NCBI GenBank assembly: GCA_965215185.1
Contig: OZ244034.1
Span: forward strand, 2,880,001 to 2,944,000
Direction: 5' to 3'
Source: Acidimicrobiia bacterium
Lineage (GTDB): Bacteria; Actinomycetota; Acidimicrobiia; Spongiisociales; ZC4RG35
Length of the DNA stretch: 64,000 bases
Part shown: positions 18,317-30,287 of the stretch, piece by piece
How the letters are laid out: every line of letters starts with the position of its first letter
Numbering within the stretch: position 1 is the first letter of the stretch
Notes under the pieces: generated by a model
The model's input: only the letters and a program-made list of their open reading frames with translations
Told to the model about the DNA's origin: nothing
The model's database searches: none
Made by a program: the position numbers and the translations under genes

Positions 18317-18345
18317 ATTATGGCAGAACCAAACGGGTTCGTCAA
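18317..18345 (-). promoter_or_regulatory. Sigma70/SigA promoter of the cimA leader
   Basis: TTGACG-17 nt-CATAAT; the leader GTG starts 7 nt after the -10 box (leaderless). Confidence 0.8.
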
Positions 18346-18354
18346 CCGGCTAGG

Positions 18355-19356
18355 ATGAACGCTGTTTGTATGGCCACAGCGAAGAAAAAGGTTTTTTCAG
18401 GTATCCAGCCCACCGGTGAGCTTCATCTGGGCAATTTGGTGGGGGCGCTGCGTAACTGGACGCAGATGCAGGACGACTATGAGACCTACTACTGCGTGGT
18501 GGATCTTCATGCCATGACCATCCCCTATGACCCGGCGGTTTTTCAGGCTGCGAGGCTGGAAACCGCCAAGCTGGTGATTGCGGCGGGGATCGACCCCCGA
18601 CGGTCGGTGTTCTACTTTCAATCCCAGGTTCCTCAGCATGCCGAATTGGCCTGGGTGCTGTCCACCATCACTGGGATCGGGCAGCTTCACCGGATGACCC
18701 AGTACAAGGAAAAGGCCGACCGAAGCGGACAGAATCTGGGCCTTTTGTCATACCCGGTACTGATGGCGGCCGACATCCTGATCCACAAGGTGCATGCCGT
18801 GCCGGTCGGGGAGGATCAGCGCCAGCACCTGGAATTGACCCGCGACCTGGTGGAGAGGTTCAATCACCGCTTTGGGGAGGTCTTTCCCGTTCCCGAGCGC
18901 ATCACCCCACAGGTAGGAGCCAGAGTGATGTCCCTGCAGGATCCCACCTCCAAGATGTCCAAGAGCGACCCCGATGTGCGGTCGAGATTGCTGTTGACCG
19001 ACTCGCCCGATCAGATTCGTCGCAAGGTCCGGGTGGCAGTTACCGATTCGGAGCGGACGGTCGCCTACGACTGGAAGAACAAGCCGGGCATCTCCAACCT
19101 GTTGGAATTGTTGTCGGTTTCCACCAGTTGCCCGGTGGAAGAACTGTCCGCCGAATACCGGGATGTTGGGTACGGTCGGTTCAAGGCGGCGGTGGCCGAA
19201 GCGCTTTGTGAGTACCTGGCGCCGGTTCGGGAACGCTATGCGGGTATGGACGACGCCGAAGTTGCCCGCCTTATGGAAGAGGGCGCCGCCGAGGCGCGGC
19301 GTCGCGCCGAAATCTCAATGGCCACCGTCTGGGAGGCGGTGGGGTTGTCTGTATAG
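18355..19356 (+). CDS. trpS: Tryptophan--tRNA ligase (start may be 18370)
   Basis: SGIQPTGELHLGN, YPVLMAADIL, VPVGEDQRQHLE, KMSKS. Confidence 0.97.
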   Translation: MNAVCMATAKKKVFSGIQPTGELHLGNLVGALRNWTQMQDDYETYYCVVDLHAMTIPYDPAVFQAARLETAKLVIAAGIDPRRSVFYFQSQVPQHAELAWVLSTITGIGQLHRMTQYKEKADRSGQNLGLLSYPVLMAADILIHKVHAVPVGEDQRQHLELTRDLVERFNHRFGEVFPVPERITPQVGARVMSLQDPTSKMSKSDPDVRSRLLLTDSPDQIRRKVRVAVTDSERTVAYDWKNKPGISNLLELLSVSTSCPVEELSAEYRDVGYGRFKAAVAEALCEYLAPVRERYAGMDDAEVARLMEEGAAEARRRAEISMATVWEAVGLSV

Positions 19357-19387
19357 AGACGGATGACCGTCTTCTAACAGACGAATC

Positions 19388-21001
19388 TCATTGGGGTGGG
19401 GGGGCCCACAACTGGGTGTTGGGCCAGAATTGGCTCCATGCGAACCAGAAAGCCTGGTGGGAAGGGATTTCGGATCCGTCGGAGACTGAAATGGCCCGCA
19501 GGCCGTCACCGTCTTTGATCAAGCGGATGCCTGCGGCCGTCACATCTGCGCCGGAGTCGAGCACCGATAGGGCGGCTTCCCGTGGGAAGGCGATTGTCCC
19601 TCCGCCTTCCAGTTCCACACCCACCACCAAATCTTGCACACCGAGTCGGGTGTCCACATCTCCAACCGGGAAGATCGGGCCAAAGTCGTCTCTGCCTCGC
19701 AGGGGATCGGAGGGATAAGAGCGCCCGAGCCCACCGTCTTCGGCCAGGATGGTCGTGTCGGGATGGGCCTCTTTCCAGGTGCCCCAGGTGGATGCCACCA
19801 CCGTGGCCTGTTTCAGTCGCACTCCTGCTTCTCTCAGGGGGCCGGAGACCGCTTCGCCGGTGAAGGTATCGAAAACCGATCGGGTGTTGAGGTCGTACAT
19901 GACCTTGTTCGATCTGTTTAGCAGCCCCGAGGTCCGCAAGACCGGCGTCTCGATCCCTTCGGGAACGTCGTCGGTGAAATAGGCCTGTGCCGACCCGCAC
20001 AGGGTGCAGTAGGGCATCCCGATCCGTCGGCCCCCCAGGGTGTCGTTGACCATCTCATGGATTTCCATCTGATTTTTGGGATAGGCGCGGGACTCTCCGT
20101 TGATGGTGACGCCAAACACCACCCGGTCGTCGGGGTACCAGTTCCCTTCGGAAGCAGGGGTGACTTTTGGATCATCTAGCGCCGGGATACACCCCCGGTT
20201 GCAGGGTCCGGTGTCTCCAAGGGGCCGGTCGTCTATCAGAACTCCTCCCCAACTCACCCACCGCCAGTCGATTGTGGCTTGGGCGTCTGCGAAAAAAGGC
20301 TCCCACCCGGGCTCGACCAACTGGAAGAGGCGCTTCTTATATTCCCGGTACTCAGGAAAGGCCGGAAGGTCCCAGGCGATGAGCAAGTCCACCGTCCTCT
20401 TCCACAGATCCGGAGTGGCGCCGCTCAACACGTCGTCTCCCAGAAGAGTCTGGATGCGGGCGCCAAGCAGCTCTAACAGTTCGACGTTGTTGGCAAACCG
20501 CAGAAAGTCGGTGAGGATCCAGGCCATACGGATGTCCATATGAGACACGACTGCCGACAGCTCCTCGTGGCCGAATCTCAACTCGGATTCCAACAATGCG
20601 AAGAGCCCACCAAGGTCGAAGCGGAGCGCATCGGACATGGGTCCGGTGGGAAAATCCGGCGGGGAAGGAAAGGTGTCGCCATCACTGGAGACGAGAGCCG
20701 CCGACGCTTGCCTGTCTGTCGTGTCCGGCAGGCGGGTGGTGTTTGTCGACTCTGCGGCGACGGGGCCCGCTTCCGGAGTTCCACCTTCTGCTGTCTCCGG
20801 AAGGGTTGTGGCGGTGGTCGATGCTCCCGCCACAGTGACATCGGCTGTGGCAGGGGTCGTGGCAGTGTTCGTGGGCGTCTGGGGTGTTGTCTCTCCGCCG
20901 CATGACGACAGGATCAGCAAGGTCAGAGCGAGCACCAAGACTGTACGAGTTATGGCTTCTCCTAGAGCAGTTGCTGTTGATGCTACGACAATCGTGAACA
21001 T
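19388..21001 (-). CDS. DUF3179-family CxxC lipoprotein; start uncertain
   Basis: Lipobox LILSSC; Thr/Ala-rich linker; IPALDDP, RAYP..HEMVNDTLGG, YCTLCGSA, TSGLL..SNKVMYD, AFWFAW. Confidence 0.8.
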   Translation of the reverse strand: MFTIVVASTATALGEAITRTVLVLALTLLILSSCGGETTPQTPTNTATTPATADVTVAGASTTATTLPETAEGGTPEAGPVAAESTNTTRLPDTTDRQASAALVSSDGDTFPSPPDFPTGPMSDALRFDLGGLFALLESELRFGHEELSAVVSHMDIRMAWILTDFLRFANNVELLELLGARIQTLLGDDVLSGATPDLWKRTVDLLIAWDLPAFPEYREYKKRLFQLVEPGWEPFFADAQATIDWRWVSWGGVLIDDRPLGDTGPCNRGCIPALDDPKVTPASEGNWYPDDRVVFGVTINGESRAYPKNQMEIHEMVNDTLGGRRIGMPYCTLCGSAQAYFTDDVPEGIETPVLRTSGLLNRSNKVMYDLNTRSVFDTFTGEAVSGPLREAGVRLKQATVVASTWGTWKEAHPDTTILAEDGGLGRSYPSDPLRGRDDFGPIFPVGDVDTRLGVQDLVVGVELEGGGTIAFPREAALSVLDSGADVTAAGIRLIKDGDGLRAISVSDGSEIPSHQAFWFAWSQFWPNTQLWAPPPQ

Positions 21002-21449
21002 TGTTGCCGATCTGGTCGCACCTTTCCTCGGTTCCTCACCAAAGGGACTAATCGGCAGCAGGGCAAGGACGGTTGCACCGTACACGGCGTGTTGAGATAT
21101 ATCACTCAATATCAACACTCCCCTGTTTAAGGCCCAACGGGTCACAAAGCGACTAGTAACCTTGAGTGACTGCGACTTCACAAGAAACAGGGAGAGGGGT
21201 AGGTACAATGATATGCTATAATATATTGCCTATCCCGCGTGCCGATTTCCAAAGTCGGAGGACTTGATGTCTCCAACCGCGGCTTGCATCCCGATTAATG
21301 GCTGGGTGGCCCTTTGCCACGGTCGGCAAGGTTTCTCCTCCGATGCCTAGGGCCTCCACACCCTGGGAGCCACAGTCGCCAGTTGCTACAAATACTCTCT
21401 TGTTATGGAAACCAATGAGATGGCCCAAACGGGGCTGGGTTGTCATATC

Positions 21450-21471
21450 TGTCACTGGGATTTGGTAGCCT
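21450..21471 (+). promoter_or_regulatory. TGTCAC-N10-TAGCCT promoter upstream of guaB3-guaA-pcrA
   Basis: TGTCAC tgggatttgg TAGCCT, 29 nt before the guaB3 ATG. Confidence 0.55.
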
Positions 21472-21500
21472 TCGGGGACTAGCTTTTCGGGGAAAATCTC

Positions 21501-22658
21501 ATGGCAGTTGATATCGGCATCGGAAAAACCGCCCGGCGTGTATACGGGCTCGATGACATAGCCATAGTCCCCACTCGCCGCACCCGTGATCCCGACGATG
21601 TGGACCTGGGTTGGCAACTGGACGCCTATCCCTTCTCGGTTCCATTGATGTGCGCCTCGATGGATTCAACTATGAGCCCGGCCACGGTAATAGAAATAGG
21701 GATACTGGGTGGTCTCGGGGTGCTGAACCTGCAGGGATTGTGGACCCGTTACCAGGATCCGGCACCGATCTATGACGAGATCTCCTCCGCTACTCCTGAT
21801 CGGGCCACCGCTGTCCTCCGAGAGGTCTATAGCGAACCGATAAAGCCTGCGCTGATCGGTGAGCGCATCCAGGAGATCAGGGATTCGGGTGTGATCACGG
21901 CGGCCAGCCTTACGCCGCAGAACACCCTCCAGTATGCGCCGCTGGCGGTTGAGGCCGGTCTCGATCTGCTGGTCATACAGGGAACAGTGGTCTCGGCTGA
22001 GCATGTATCTACCCGCACCGAACCGTTGAATCTGAAGGAATTCATCGCCTCCTCTCCAGTGCCCGTGGTGGTGGGAGGATGTTCTTCATATTCCATGGCT
22101 CTTCACCTGATGCGCACCGGCGCGGTGGGAGTGTTGGTGGGTGTCGGACCGGGAGCCGCCAGCGGCACCCGAAAGGTGTTGGGAGTGGGAGTGTCTCAGG
22201 CCACAGCCATCGCCGACGCGGCCGGTGCCCGGGTACATTATCTATTGGAGACGGGACGGTACGTGCATGTCATCGCCGATGGGGGGATGAGAACCGGAGG
22301 GGAAGTCGCCAAGGCGATTGCCTGTGGGGCGGACGCGGTGATGCTGGGTTCCCCCTTGGCCGCCGCGCAGGAGGCGCCCGGGCGGGGCTTCCATTGGGGG
22401 ATGCTGTCTTCGCATCTCACCCTGCCTCGCGGTGTTCGGGTTGAGATTCCGACCCGCGGGACCCTGCGGGAGATCTTGTTGGGGCCGGCGACAGAAAGCG
22501 ATGGCCTCACCAATTTGTTCGGCGGGCTGCGCAGGTCGATGTCCACCACCGGGTACTCCAACATATTGGAATTCCAAAAGGCCGAAGTGGCAATAGCGCC
22601 CTCCTTCTTAGGCGAGGGCAAAGCTATCCAGCGGTCGCAGCAGGTGGGGATAGGTTGA
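21501..22658 (+). CDS. guaB3: GuaB3-family IMP dehydrogenase-related protein
   Basis: [52 protein letters not shown]. Confidence 0.92.
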   Translation: MAVDIGIGKTARRVYGLDDIAIVPTRRTRDPDDVDLGWQLDAYPFSVPLMCASMDSTMSPATVIEIGILGGLGVLNLQGLWTRYQDPAPIYDEISSATPDRATAVLREVYSEPIKPALIGERIQEIRDSGVITAASLTPQNTLQYAPLAVEAGLDLLVIQGTVVSAEHVSTRTEPLNLKEFIASSPVPVVVGGCSSYSMALHLMRTGAVGVLVGVGPGAASGTRKVLGVGVSQATAIADAAGARVHYLLETGRYVHVIADGGMRTGGEVAKAIACGADAVMLGSPLAAAQEAPGRGFHWGMLSSHLTLPRGVRVEIPTRGTLREILLGPATESDGLTNLFGGLRRSMSTTGYSNILEFQKAEVAIAPSFLGEGKAIQRSQQVGIG

Positions 22659-24193
22659 CCTCTTCCGGCGACAATGTACTGGTAGTGGATCTGGGGGCGC
22701 AGTACGCCCGTCTGATCGCTCGGCGTATCCGAGAGGCGCGTGTTCACTCCGAGATAGTGCCGGCCCGGGTAACCGCTTCCGAGGCCGCGGCCCGATCTCC
22801 CTCGGGAATCGTCTTGTCCGGCGGTCCGGCCTCTGTCTACTCACCGGAAGCGGTCTCCATCGATCCGGACCTGCTGTCGTTGGGGGTACCGGTGCTGGGC
22901 ATCTGTTATGGGCATCAACTCATCGCCGAAATGCTGGGGGGCCAGGTGGTGGCAACCGGCGGGGGCGAGTTCGGGAATACCATCATGGAGTCGGACGACT
23001 CATCTCTGTTGTTGCAAGATTTGCCCCCGGTCTGCGATGTATGGATGAGCCATCGCGACGCGGTAGCGAAACCTCCTCCCGGTTTCACGGTGACTGCGCA
23101 CACCCCGGGAGCTGTGGTGGCGGCCATGGAGAACCGGGACGCGGGGCTATATGGGGTTCAATTCCATCCAGAGGTGACCCATACGCCGGGGGGGATGGAT
23201 GTTTTGAAGAGATTTCTCTACGGGGCTTGCGGCGCCCGGGGCGCCTGGACGGCTCGTTCCATAATTGAGACCGAGGTTGAGGATGCCCGCCAGCGGATCG
23301 GAGGTGCCCGGGCGGTGTGCGGTCTCTCTGGCGGAGTGGACTCGGCGGTGGCCGCCGCCCTGGTGCATCAAGCCATAGGTGACCGTCTCACCTGCGTCTT
23401 CGTCGACCACGGGCTGCTCCGATCCGGTGAACCCGAGCAGGTGGAAGAAGTGTTCGGAAACCACTTTTCCACCAACCTGATTCACGTCAAGGCCCAGTCC
23501 CGGTTCTTGGATGCCCTGACGGGCGTTACCGACCCGGAAACCAAGCGAAAGTTGATCGGGGAGACTTTCATCCAGGTGTTCGAAGAGGTATCCGATGGAC
23601 TGGCGGAATGTCGCTTCCTGGTGCAGGGGACTCTCTATCCTGATGTGATCGAATCGGGAGGGGGAGATGCGGCGGTGATCAAGAGTCATCACAATGTGGG
23701 CGGCCTCCCTGAGCACATGCGGCTCGAGCTGGTGGAGCCTCTCCGTGATCTGTTCAAGGACGAGGTGCGGGCGGTGGGTACGCAACTGGGGTTGCCGGAC
23801 GAGATAGTGTGGCGCCATCCCTTCCCCGGGCCGGGTTTGGCGATTCGAATCATCGGGGAGGTGACTGCCGAGCGGCTGGATATCCTGCGCCGCGCCGATG
23901 CCATCGTCATCGATGAAATCCGCCGGGCGGGCCTGTACCGCGATCTGTGGCAGGTTTTCGGCGTGCTGCCGACGGTGCGTTCGGTGGGGGTTCAGGGAGA
24001 TGAACGGACTTATGCCTATCCGCTGGTGGTGCGGGCGGTGGAGAGCTCTGAGGCGATGACCGCCGACTGGGCGCGGCTTCCCTACGAGGTGTTGTCGGCT
24101 ATTTCCCGGCGGGTGATCGGAGAAGTGGAGGGTATCAATCGGGTGCTTTACGATGTGTCCTCCAAACCTCCCGCCACTATCGAGTGGGAATGA
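22655..24193 (+). CDS. guaA: GMP synthase (glutamine-hydrolysing)
   Basis: [50 protein letters not shown]. Confidence 0.98.
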   Translation: MTSSGDNVLVVDLGAQYARLIARRIREARVHSEIVPARVTASEAAARSPSGIVLSGGPASVYSPEAVSIDPDLLSLGVPVLGICYGHQLIAEMLGGQVVATGGGEFGNTIMESDDSSLLLQDLPPVCDVWMSHRDAVAKPPPGFTVTAHTPGAVVAAMENRDAGLYGVQFHPEVTHTPGGMDVLKRFLYGACGARGAWTARSIIETEVEDARQRIGGARAVCGLSGGVDSAVAAALVHQAIGDRLTCVFVDHGLLRSGEPEQVEEVFGNHFSTNLIHVKAQSRFLDALTGVTDPETKRKLIGETFIQVFEEVSDGLAECRFLVQGTLYPDVIESGGGDAAVIKSHHNVGGLPEHMRLELVEPLRDLFKDEVRAVGTQLGLPDEIVWRHPFPGPGLAIRIIGEVTAERLDILRRADAIVIDEIRRAGLYRDLWQVFGVLPTVRSVGVQGDERTYAYPLVVRAVESSEAMTADWARLPYEVLSAISRRVIGEVEGINRVLYDVSSKPPATIEWE

Positions 24194-24194
24194 A

Positions 24195-26417
24195 GTGATC
24201 GGTTCACATCCGCTGCTCCAAGATCTGAACCCCAACCAGCAGGAGGCGGTGACCATCGCCGGGGTGCCCGTGATGGTGGTAGCGGGGGCCGGATCGGGCA
24301 AGACCCGGGTGCTAACCCATCGCATTGCCTACCTGATCCGGGAGATGGGAGCACCGCCCGGCTCCATCCTGGCCATAACCTTCACCAACAAGGCCGCCCG
24401 GGAGATGCGGGGGAGGGTGGGGGAGTTGCTGGGCGCCACGGTCAACAACATGTGGGTTTCCACCTTTCACTCGGCCTGCGCCCGCATCCTTCGCCGGGAG
24501 GCGCATGTCTTCGGCTATCGCTCCACGTTCTCCATTTACGACCGCTCCGACTCGATGCGTCTCATCAGGCAGTGTCTCAATGAACTGGGTCTGGACGCCA
24601 GTCGGCTCTCCCCTCAGGGGCTCTTGAAGAAGATCAGCGCCGCCAAAAACGATCTGGTGGACTATGAGACCTTCCTGGACCGCACGGAAGGACCTGTGGA
24701 GATAGCGGAGGCCTACAAGCTCTACCAGCAGCGCCTGCTGCAGATGTCGGCCATGGACTTTGATGATCTGCTGATGGTGACCGTGGAACTGTTCGGGGCG
24801 GTCCCCGAGGTCCTGGAAAAATACCGGGCTATCTTCCGCCATGTGCTGGTGGACGAATACCAGGACACCAACCGGGCCCAGTATCTGCTGGTTCGTGACT
24901 TGGCTCACCAGCATCGCAGCCTGTTTGTGGTGGGCGACAGCGATCAGTCCATATATGCCTTCCGCGGGGCCGACTTTCGGAATTTCGATCGTTTCGATGA
25001 TGATTTTCCCGAGGCCCGCCGGGTGATACTCAGCCGCAACTACCGCTCCACCTCCACCATCTTGGATGCGGCCAACGAGGTGATAAGCGGCAATCGTCGC
25101 TCTGAACCCAAAGACTTGTGGTGTGATCAGGGGGAGGGAGAACCCGTCTTGGTGCATCAGGGCGCGGGGGCTACGCGGGAGTCGCGGTTTGTCGCTGAAC
25201 AGGTTAGGAAACTGATGGGGGAGGGCTACAACCCGGGGGATGTGGCCGTGTTCTATCGGACCAACGCCCAGTCGCGTGCCCTCGAAGAGGCCTTGCGCAG
25301 TGCCAAACTGCCCTATCAAGTGGTAGGGGCGGTGGCCTTCTACCAACGCCGGGAGGTCAAAGACGTCGTGGCCTATCTGCAGGTGGTCGCCAATCCCGAC
25401 GACGGGGTGGCCTTGCGAAGAATCATCAACACCCCTCGCCGAGGGATCGGACGTACCTCTTTGGGGCATATGGAGCGTTACGTCTCAACGGAGGAAGTGA
25501 GTCTGCGGGAGGCTTTGGAAAGAGCAGATGACATTGGCGGCCTCTCCACCCGGGCCCGCAAAGGCGTCAAGGAACTGGCGAAGGTGCTGGCCTCGATCAA
25601 GGGGCATCTGGAGTCGGATGGGGTGGGCAGGGCCACTGAGAGCGCCATCTTCGACACCGGCTTGGCGGAGATGGCAACGGCGGAAGGGGGGATCGAAGCG
25701 GAGAGCCGCTCCGAGAACCTGGCCGAACTCTCCCGAGTGGCTTACGAATTCGACGCCGACCTGGAGGAGGAGTTGACTCCAACCGAACAGTTGGGTCGTT
25801 TCCTGGAAGGCGCCTCGCTGGTTTCTGATCCGGACAACCTGGATGAGGGAGCGGGCGCGGTGGCGCTGATGACTGTCCACAGCGCCAAAGGCCTGGAATT
25901 TCCGGTGGTGTTCGTGGTGGGAATGCAGGACGGTCTTTTTCCCCACGAACGCAGTTTGTCGGATCCCGATCAGCTGGAAGAGGAGCGGCGGCTCTTCTAT
26001 GTGGCGATCACCCGTTCCATGGAGCGGCTCCACCTGAGTTGGAACGACACCCGCTTGGTGGGAGGATCTCCCTATCCGCAGACCCCCAGCCGCTTCTTAC
26101 GTGAAATTCCCGACCGCCTGGTGAAGCGGGTCGGCGGCCGCCAGCGTTTCTCCTCCAGTGCACCTACCGGGGGTGGTCCCCCCGCAGGGGGTCAAGGCTC
26201 TTTCCGCTCCGAATACCGGCCGGTTAGAGGAATAGTTCGCCAATCGGGATTCGAAGTAGGTGATCGGGTACGCCATCCCCAACTGGGAACGGGACGGGTG
26301 CTGACCATTTCCGGCCAGGGACCCCGCGCTTCGGCCACCATCTTCTTCCCGGAGTCAAGGGAGCGTCGCGAGCTGATGCTGTCAACCGTGGAGAGAGTGG
26401 GGGGATTCGGACCTTGA
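24195..26417 (+). CDS. pcrA: PcrA/UvrD ATP-dependent DNA helicase
   Basis: AGAGSGKT, TFTNKAA, VDEYQDTN, GDSDQSIY, NYRST, TVHSAKGLEF, EEERRLFYVAITR; C-terminal Tudor-like tail. Confidence 0.95.
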   Translation: MIGSHPLLQDLNPNQQEAVTIAGVPVMVVAGAGSGKTRVLTHRIAYLIREMGAPPGSILAITFTNKAAREMRGRVGELLGATVNNMWVSTFHSACARILRREAHVFGYRSTFSIYDRSDSMRLIRQCLNELGLDASRLSPQGLLKKISAAKNDLVDYETFLDRTEGPVEIAEAYKLYQQRLLQMSAMDFDDLLMVTVELFGAVPEVLEKYRAIFRHVLVDEYQDTNRAQYLLVRDLAHQHRSLFVVGDSDQSIYAFRGADFRNFDRFDDDFPEARRVILSRNYRSTSTILDAANEVISGNRRSEPKDLWCDQGEGEPVLVHQGAGATRESRFVAEQVRKLMGEGYNPGDVAVFYRTNAQSRALEEALRSAKLPYQVVGAVAFYQRREVKDVVAYLQVVANPDDGVALRRIINTPRRGIGRTSLGHMERYVSTEEVSLREALERADDIGGLSTRARKGVKELAKVLASIKGHLESDGVGRATESAIFDTGLAEMATAEGGIEAESRSENLAELSRVAYEFDADLEEELTPTEQLGRFLEGASLVSDPDNLDEGAGAVALMTVHSAKGLEFPVVFVVGMQDGLFPHERSLSDPDQLEEERRLFYVAITRSMERLHLSWNDTRLVGGSPYPQTPSRFLREIPDRLVKRVGGRQRFSSSAPTGGGPPAGGQGSFRSEYRPVRGIVRQSGFEVGDRVRHPQLGTGRVLTISGQGPRASATIFFPESRERRELMLSTVERVGGFGP

Positions 26418-26459
26418 GGTAGCCGGCTTCCCGGTACCGGGAAGAACAGGTGTTGGGAC

Positions 26460-27572
26460 TCAGGCCAGTTCTTCGTATTTGGCTTGGATATGGGTCTGCA
26501 GTTCCACGAAGGAGTCGGCAAACTTTCGCACTCCCTCGGCCTCCAGGGCTTCAACCACATCCTGGTAGTCCACTCCCGCTTCCTCCAGTTGGGCCAACAA
26601 ACCGCGGGACCGGGCGATCTCTTCGGGGCCGAAGATGGAGGGCCGAGACGATCCGTGGTCGGCATAGGCCTCGATGGTGGATAGAGGCAAAGTGTTGACC
26701 GTGTGAGGGGCAACCAATTCATCCACGTACAAGGTATCGCGATAGGCCGGGTTCTTGGTGGAGGTGGAGGCCCACAGCGGCTGCTGGATGCGTCCCCCCT
26801 GCGCGGCCAAGCTGTCCCAGCGGTCACCGGAGAATACGGATAGGAACTCACCGTAGGCGGCGTGAGCGTTGGCCACCGCCGCTTTCCCGCGAAGGGCCAG
26901 CGCCGACGCGTTGCCCAGCTGCTCCAGCCGGTGGTCCACCTCAGTGTCCACCCTCGACACGAAGAACGAGGCCACCGAGGCCACTTCCCGAAGGTTCCCC
27001 CCCATGGTGGAGAAGTCTTCCAGGCCCCCCAGATAGGCGTCCATCACCTCTCGGTAGCGCCCCAAGGAAAAGATCAGGGTGACGTTTACCGAGATACCCT
27101 CTCCGATCAATTGGCGTATAGCCGGGATTCCCTCGGGGGTGGCCGGCACTTTCACCAGCAGGTTGGGGCGACTGACCCGCTTCACCCACTCCCGGGCCTC
27201 GGCTACGGTGGCTGGGGTGTCCGCCGCCAACTGCGGGGAGACCTCCACCGAGACGAACCCGTCTGATCCACCGGTCCGGCTGTGAACCGGTCTCAGCACA
27301 TCGCAGGCATCGGTGATGTCACGGGTGATCAGTGCCGCGTATGTTTCGTCGGGATCCGCACCTCGGCGGATGAGGCGCGCCATTTCCTGGTCGTAGTCGT
27401 TGCTTTTGGTAATGGCACCGGCGAAAATGGAAGGATTCGAGGTGACCCCGGTGATGTTCTGTTCGCTGACCCGGCGGGAGAGTTCCCCGCTGTCCAGCAT
27501 TGCCCGGGAGATCTGATCGGCCCAGATGCTTTGCCCGGCCAGGGTCAGGGCGTGAAGAGGGAGAAATGACAT
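26460..27572 (-). CDS. tal: Transaldolase
   Basis: [47 protein letters not shown]. Confidence 0.96.
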   Translation of the reverse strand: MSFLPLHALTLAGQSIWADQISRAMLDSGELSRRVSEQNITGVTSNPSIFAGAITKSNDYDQEMARLIRRGADPDETYAALITRDITDACDVLRPVHSRTGGSDGFVSVEVSPQLAADTPATVAEAREWVKRVSRPNLLVKVPATPEGIPAIRQLIGEGISVNVTLIFSLGRYREVMDAYLGGLEDFSTMGGNLREVASVASFFVSRVDTEVDHRLEQLGNASALALRGKAAVANAHAAYGEFLSVFSGDRWDSLAAQGGRIQQPLWASTSTKNPAYRDTLYVDELVAPHTVNTLPLSTIEAYADHGSSRPSIFGPEEIARSRGLLAQLEEAGVDYQDVVEALEAEGVRKFADSFVELQTHIQAKYEELA

Positions 27573-27609
27573 GCTTTGTGATTGTATCGGCGGCTCTACC
27601 CTTGCACAT

Positions 27610-27993
27610 ATGAGAAGACGGGTCCTGATCGCCAAAGCAGGCTTGGACGGGCATGACCGGGGCGCCAAGGTGGTGGCCCGGGCGCTTCGCGACGGGGGGC
27701 ATGAAGTGATCTACACGGGGCTTCACCAGAGCCCTGAGCAGGTGGTGGCCGCCGCCATCCAGGAAGACGTAGACGCTATCGGATTGTCGGTGATGTCCGG
27801 GGCCTATATGTCCATATTCCCTCCCATCATCGAACTGCTGGCCTCCTCCGGAGCGGATCACATCGCCGTCTTCGGGGGAGGGGTGATACCGGCCGAGGAT
27901 GTGGAGGGGCTCCTGGCTTTGGGCGTGGCCCGGATCTTCACGCCGGGAGCATCGTTGGATGAGATCCTCGCCTGGGTGAGTGCCGACCTCTAG
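27610..27993 (+). CDS. Acyl-CoA (methylmalonyl-CoA) mutase cobalamin-binding subunit
   Basis: [15 protein letters not shown] (DxHxxG), [18 protein letters not shown]. Confidence 0.93.
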   Translation: MRRRVLIAKAGLDGHDRGAKVVARALRDGGHEVIYTGLHQSPEQVVAAAIQEDVDAIGLSVMSGAYMSIFPPIIELLASSGADHIAVFGGGVIPAEDVEGLLALGVARIFTPGASLDEILAWVSADL

Positions 27994-28057
27994 ACGGCTG
28001 CGTCGGTCAAATCACCGCGGCAGTCGGTCTTCTGCAACCGGGTAGCATATTTGTTTT

Positions 28058-29278
28058 GTGAACATTCATGAGCATCAGGCCAAGGAGTTATTGGCCTCCT
28101 ACGGGGTGGGGGTTCCTCCCGGTGTAAAGGCTTCCAATCCTGAACAGGCTGGTGATGCGGCGGTGTCTCTGCTGGAGAGTACCGGCGGTCACATGGTGGT
28201 GATCAAAGCACAGATCCATGCCGGAGGTAGGGGGAAGGGGCGTTTCCTGGAGTACCCCGACGCTGGGATCGGCGGAGTGAACATTGTGGCCTCCGGGCAG
28301 GCGATGCTGATACGGGGCCGGGTGGTGACAGTGGCCGAGAAGATGCTGGGGTCGACGCTGGTGACCGCGCAGACCGGTCCTTCGGGGAAGGTGGTCAACC
28401 GCCTGCTGGTGGAGGCGGGGGTGGACATCGCCCAAGAGTTGTATCTAGCGATACAACTCGACCGCAAGCGTTCCCGGCCGGTCCTGCTGGCCTCCACCGA
28501 GGGAGGGGTAGAAATCGAGAAGGTGGCTGCCGAATCCCCCGAGAAACTGGTAACGGAGGTAATCGATCCGGCCGTCGGCATCCGTCCCTTTCAATTGCGG
28601 CGTCTGGCCAGGAAACTGGGCCTTTCCGGGAAGGCGGCTTCCTCTTATAGCAACCTGGTGGAAAAGCTGATTACCGCGGCCGGGGGCCTGGACACCGAAC
28701 TGTTGGAGATCAACCCGCTGGTCATCACCTCTTCGGGTGAGGCGGTGGCTCTCGACGCCAAGGTGGCTTTCGAGGACAATGCTCTCTACCGCCACCCGAA
28801 GGTGGCCGAGATGCGGGACGAGAGCGAAGAGGATCCTGCCGAGACCAGTTCTCGAAAGGCCGGGCTCAACTATGTGAAGCTAGACGGTGAGATCGGTTGC
28901 ATGGTGAACGGGGCGGGGCTGGCCATGGCCACCATGGACATTGTCAAGCATTACGGGGGGACTCCCGCCAACTTCCTGGATGTGGGCGGGGACACCGACG
29001 CGGCGCGGGTGGCGACCGGGTTCCGCATCATCACCGCCGATCCCAACGTGAAGGGGATTTTCGTCAACATCTTTGGGGGGATCGTGCACTGTGACATGAT
29101 AGCCGAAGGGGTGCTGGCCGCCACCCAGGAGGTGAGGCTGTCGGTGCCGCTGGTGGTCCGGCTGGAGGGAACCAATGTTGATTTGGGACGCAGAATGATT
29201 GCCGAATCCGGTCTGGATGTGATCTCGGCCGTTGACATGGCGGACGGCGCCCGCCAGATAGTGGAGTTGTGCCGATGA
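28058..29278 (+). CDS. sucC: Succinate--CoA ligase beta subunit
   Basis: [42 protein letters not shown]. Confidence 0.97.
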   Translation: MNIHEHQAKELLASYGVGVPPGVKASNPEQAGDAAVSLLESTGGHMVVIKAQIHAGGRGKGRFLEYPDAGIGGVNIVASGQAMLIRGRVVTVAEKMLGSTLVTAQTGPSGKVVNRLLVEAGVDIAQELYLAIQLDRKRSRPVLLASTEGGVEIEKVAAESPEKLVTEVIDPAVGIRPFQLRRLARKLGLSGKAASSYSNLVEKLITAAGGLDTELLEINPLVITSSGEAVALDAKVAFEDNALYRHPKVAEMRDESEEDPAETSSRKAGLNYVKLDGEIGCMVNGAGLAMATMDIVKHYGGTPANFLDVGGDTDAARVATGFRIITADPNVKGIFVNIFGGIVHCDMIAEGVLAATQEVRLSVPLVVRLEGTNVDLGRRMIAESGLDVISAVDMADGARQIVELCR

Positions 29279-30201
29279 GCATTCTCTGCAACCGCGACAC
29301 CAGATTGCTAATACAGGGCCTGGGCAGGGCTGGGAGTTTTCAAGCTCAGCAGATCATCGCTTATGGAACGCAGGTGGTAGGGGGGGTCCATCCCCGTCGG
29401 GCGGGAGAGATCCTTCGCTTCTCGGGCAAGACCGATCACACCGGAGTCCCCGACAGAACAGACACGTTCGAGGTTGATGTGCCTGTGTTCTCGGGTGTGA
29501 GTGAGGCGGTGGACGCCACCAGCGCCAACGCCAGCCTGATTTTCGTCCCACCACCCTTCGCGGCCGATTCCATCATGGAGGCGGCGGAGGCAGGAGTGGA
29601 GTTGATCGTGTGTATCACCGAGGGGGTGCCGGTCAACGACATGGTGACAGTGAAGCGTTACCTGCAGTCGCGCTCCTCGCGCCTGCTGGGACCCAACTGC
29701 CCGGGAGTCATTACTCCTGGCGAATGCAAACTGGGGATCATGCCCGGCTACATCCACGCCCGTGGGAAAGTGGGGGTGATCAGCCGATCGGGAACCCTTA
29801 CCTATGAGGCCGTCTATCAGCTAACCAACCTGGGTTTAGGGCAGACCACCGCCTTGGGCATCGGGGGCGATCCGGTGAACGGAACCAGTTTCGTGGATGC
29901 CCTGCGACTCTTTGAAGCCGACCCTGCTACCGAAGGGGTGCTGATCATCGGCGAGATCGGAGGGCCGGCCGAAGAGGAGGCTGCCGAATACGTGCGCTCG
30001 GAGATGACCAAGCCCGTGGCGGGATTCATCGCCGGCCTTACCGCTCCTCCAGGAAGGCGCATGGGCCATGCCGGAGCAATCATCTCCGGCGGCCAGGGCA
30101 CCGCGCAGAGCAAGATCGAAGCCTTCCGCCGGGCGGGAATCGAGATAGCCGCCACCCCTCCCGACATGGGTTCGGCCATGTTGGCCGCTCTGAGGAGATA
30201 A
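29275..30201 (+). CDS. sucD: Succinate--CoA ligase alpha subunit
   Basis: [29 protein letters not shown]. Confidence 0.97.
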   Translation: MSILCNRDTRLLIQGLGRAGSFQAQQIIAYGTQVVGGVHPRRAGEILRFSGKTDHTGVPDRTDTFEVDVPVFSGVSEAVDATSANASLIFVPPPFAADSIMEAAEAGVELIVCITEGVPVNDMVTVKRYLQSRSSRLLGPNCPGVITPGECKLGIMPGYIHARGKVGVISRSGTLTYEAVYQLTNLGLGQTTALGIGGDPVNGTSFVDALRLFEADPATEGVLIIGEIGGPAEEEAAEYVRSEMTKPVAGFIAGLTAPPGRRMGHAGAIISGGQGTAQSKIEAFRRAGIEIAATPPDMGSAMLAALRR

Positions 30202-30287
30202 CCAGAGCGAACCTTCCTCCAAAAGTGAGGTGAGTTACTCTTTCGTCTCATGGAATCTGCATCCGTGCTTGCTCATGACGGTGAGGC

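Noticed and set aside
19990-20015. Selenocysteine in the DUF3179 redox motif
   Set aside because: The motif is CTLC with ordinary Cys codons and no in-frame TGA.
21216-21449. Purine riboswitch upstream of guaB3
   Set aside because: No recognisable purine-aptamer consensus; only AT-rich promoter-like boxes (TACAAT, TATAAT).
23147-25469. Long antisense ORFs (e.g. 23147-24325, 24312-25469, 39805-41313, 48556-49614)
   Set aside because: Shadow frames opposite well-supported genes in GC-rich DNA, with no recognisable motifs.
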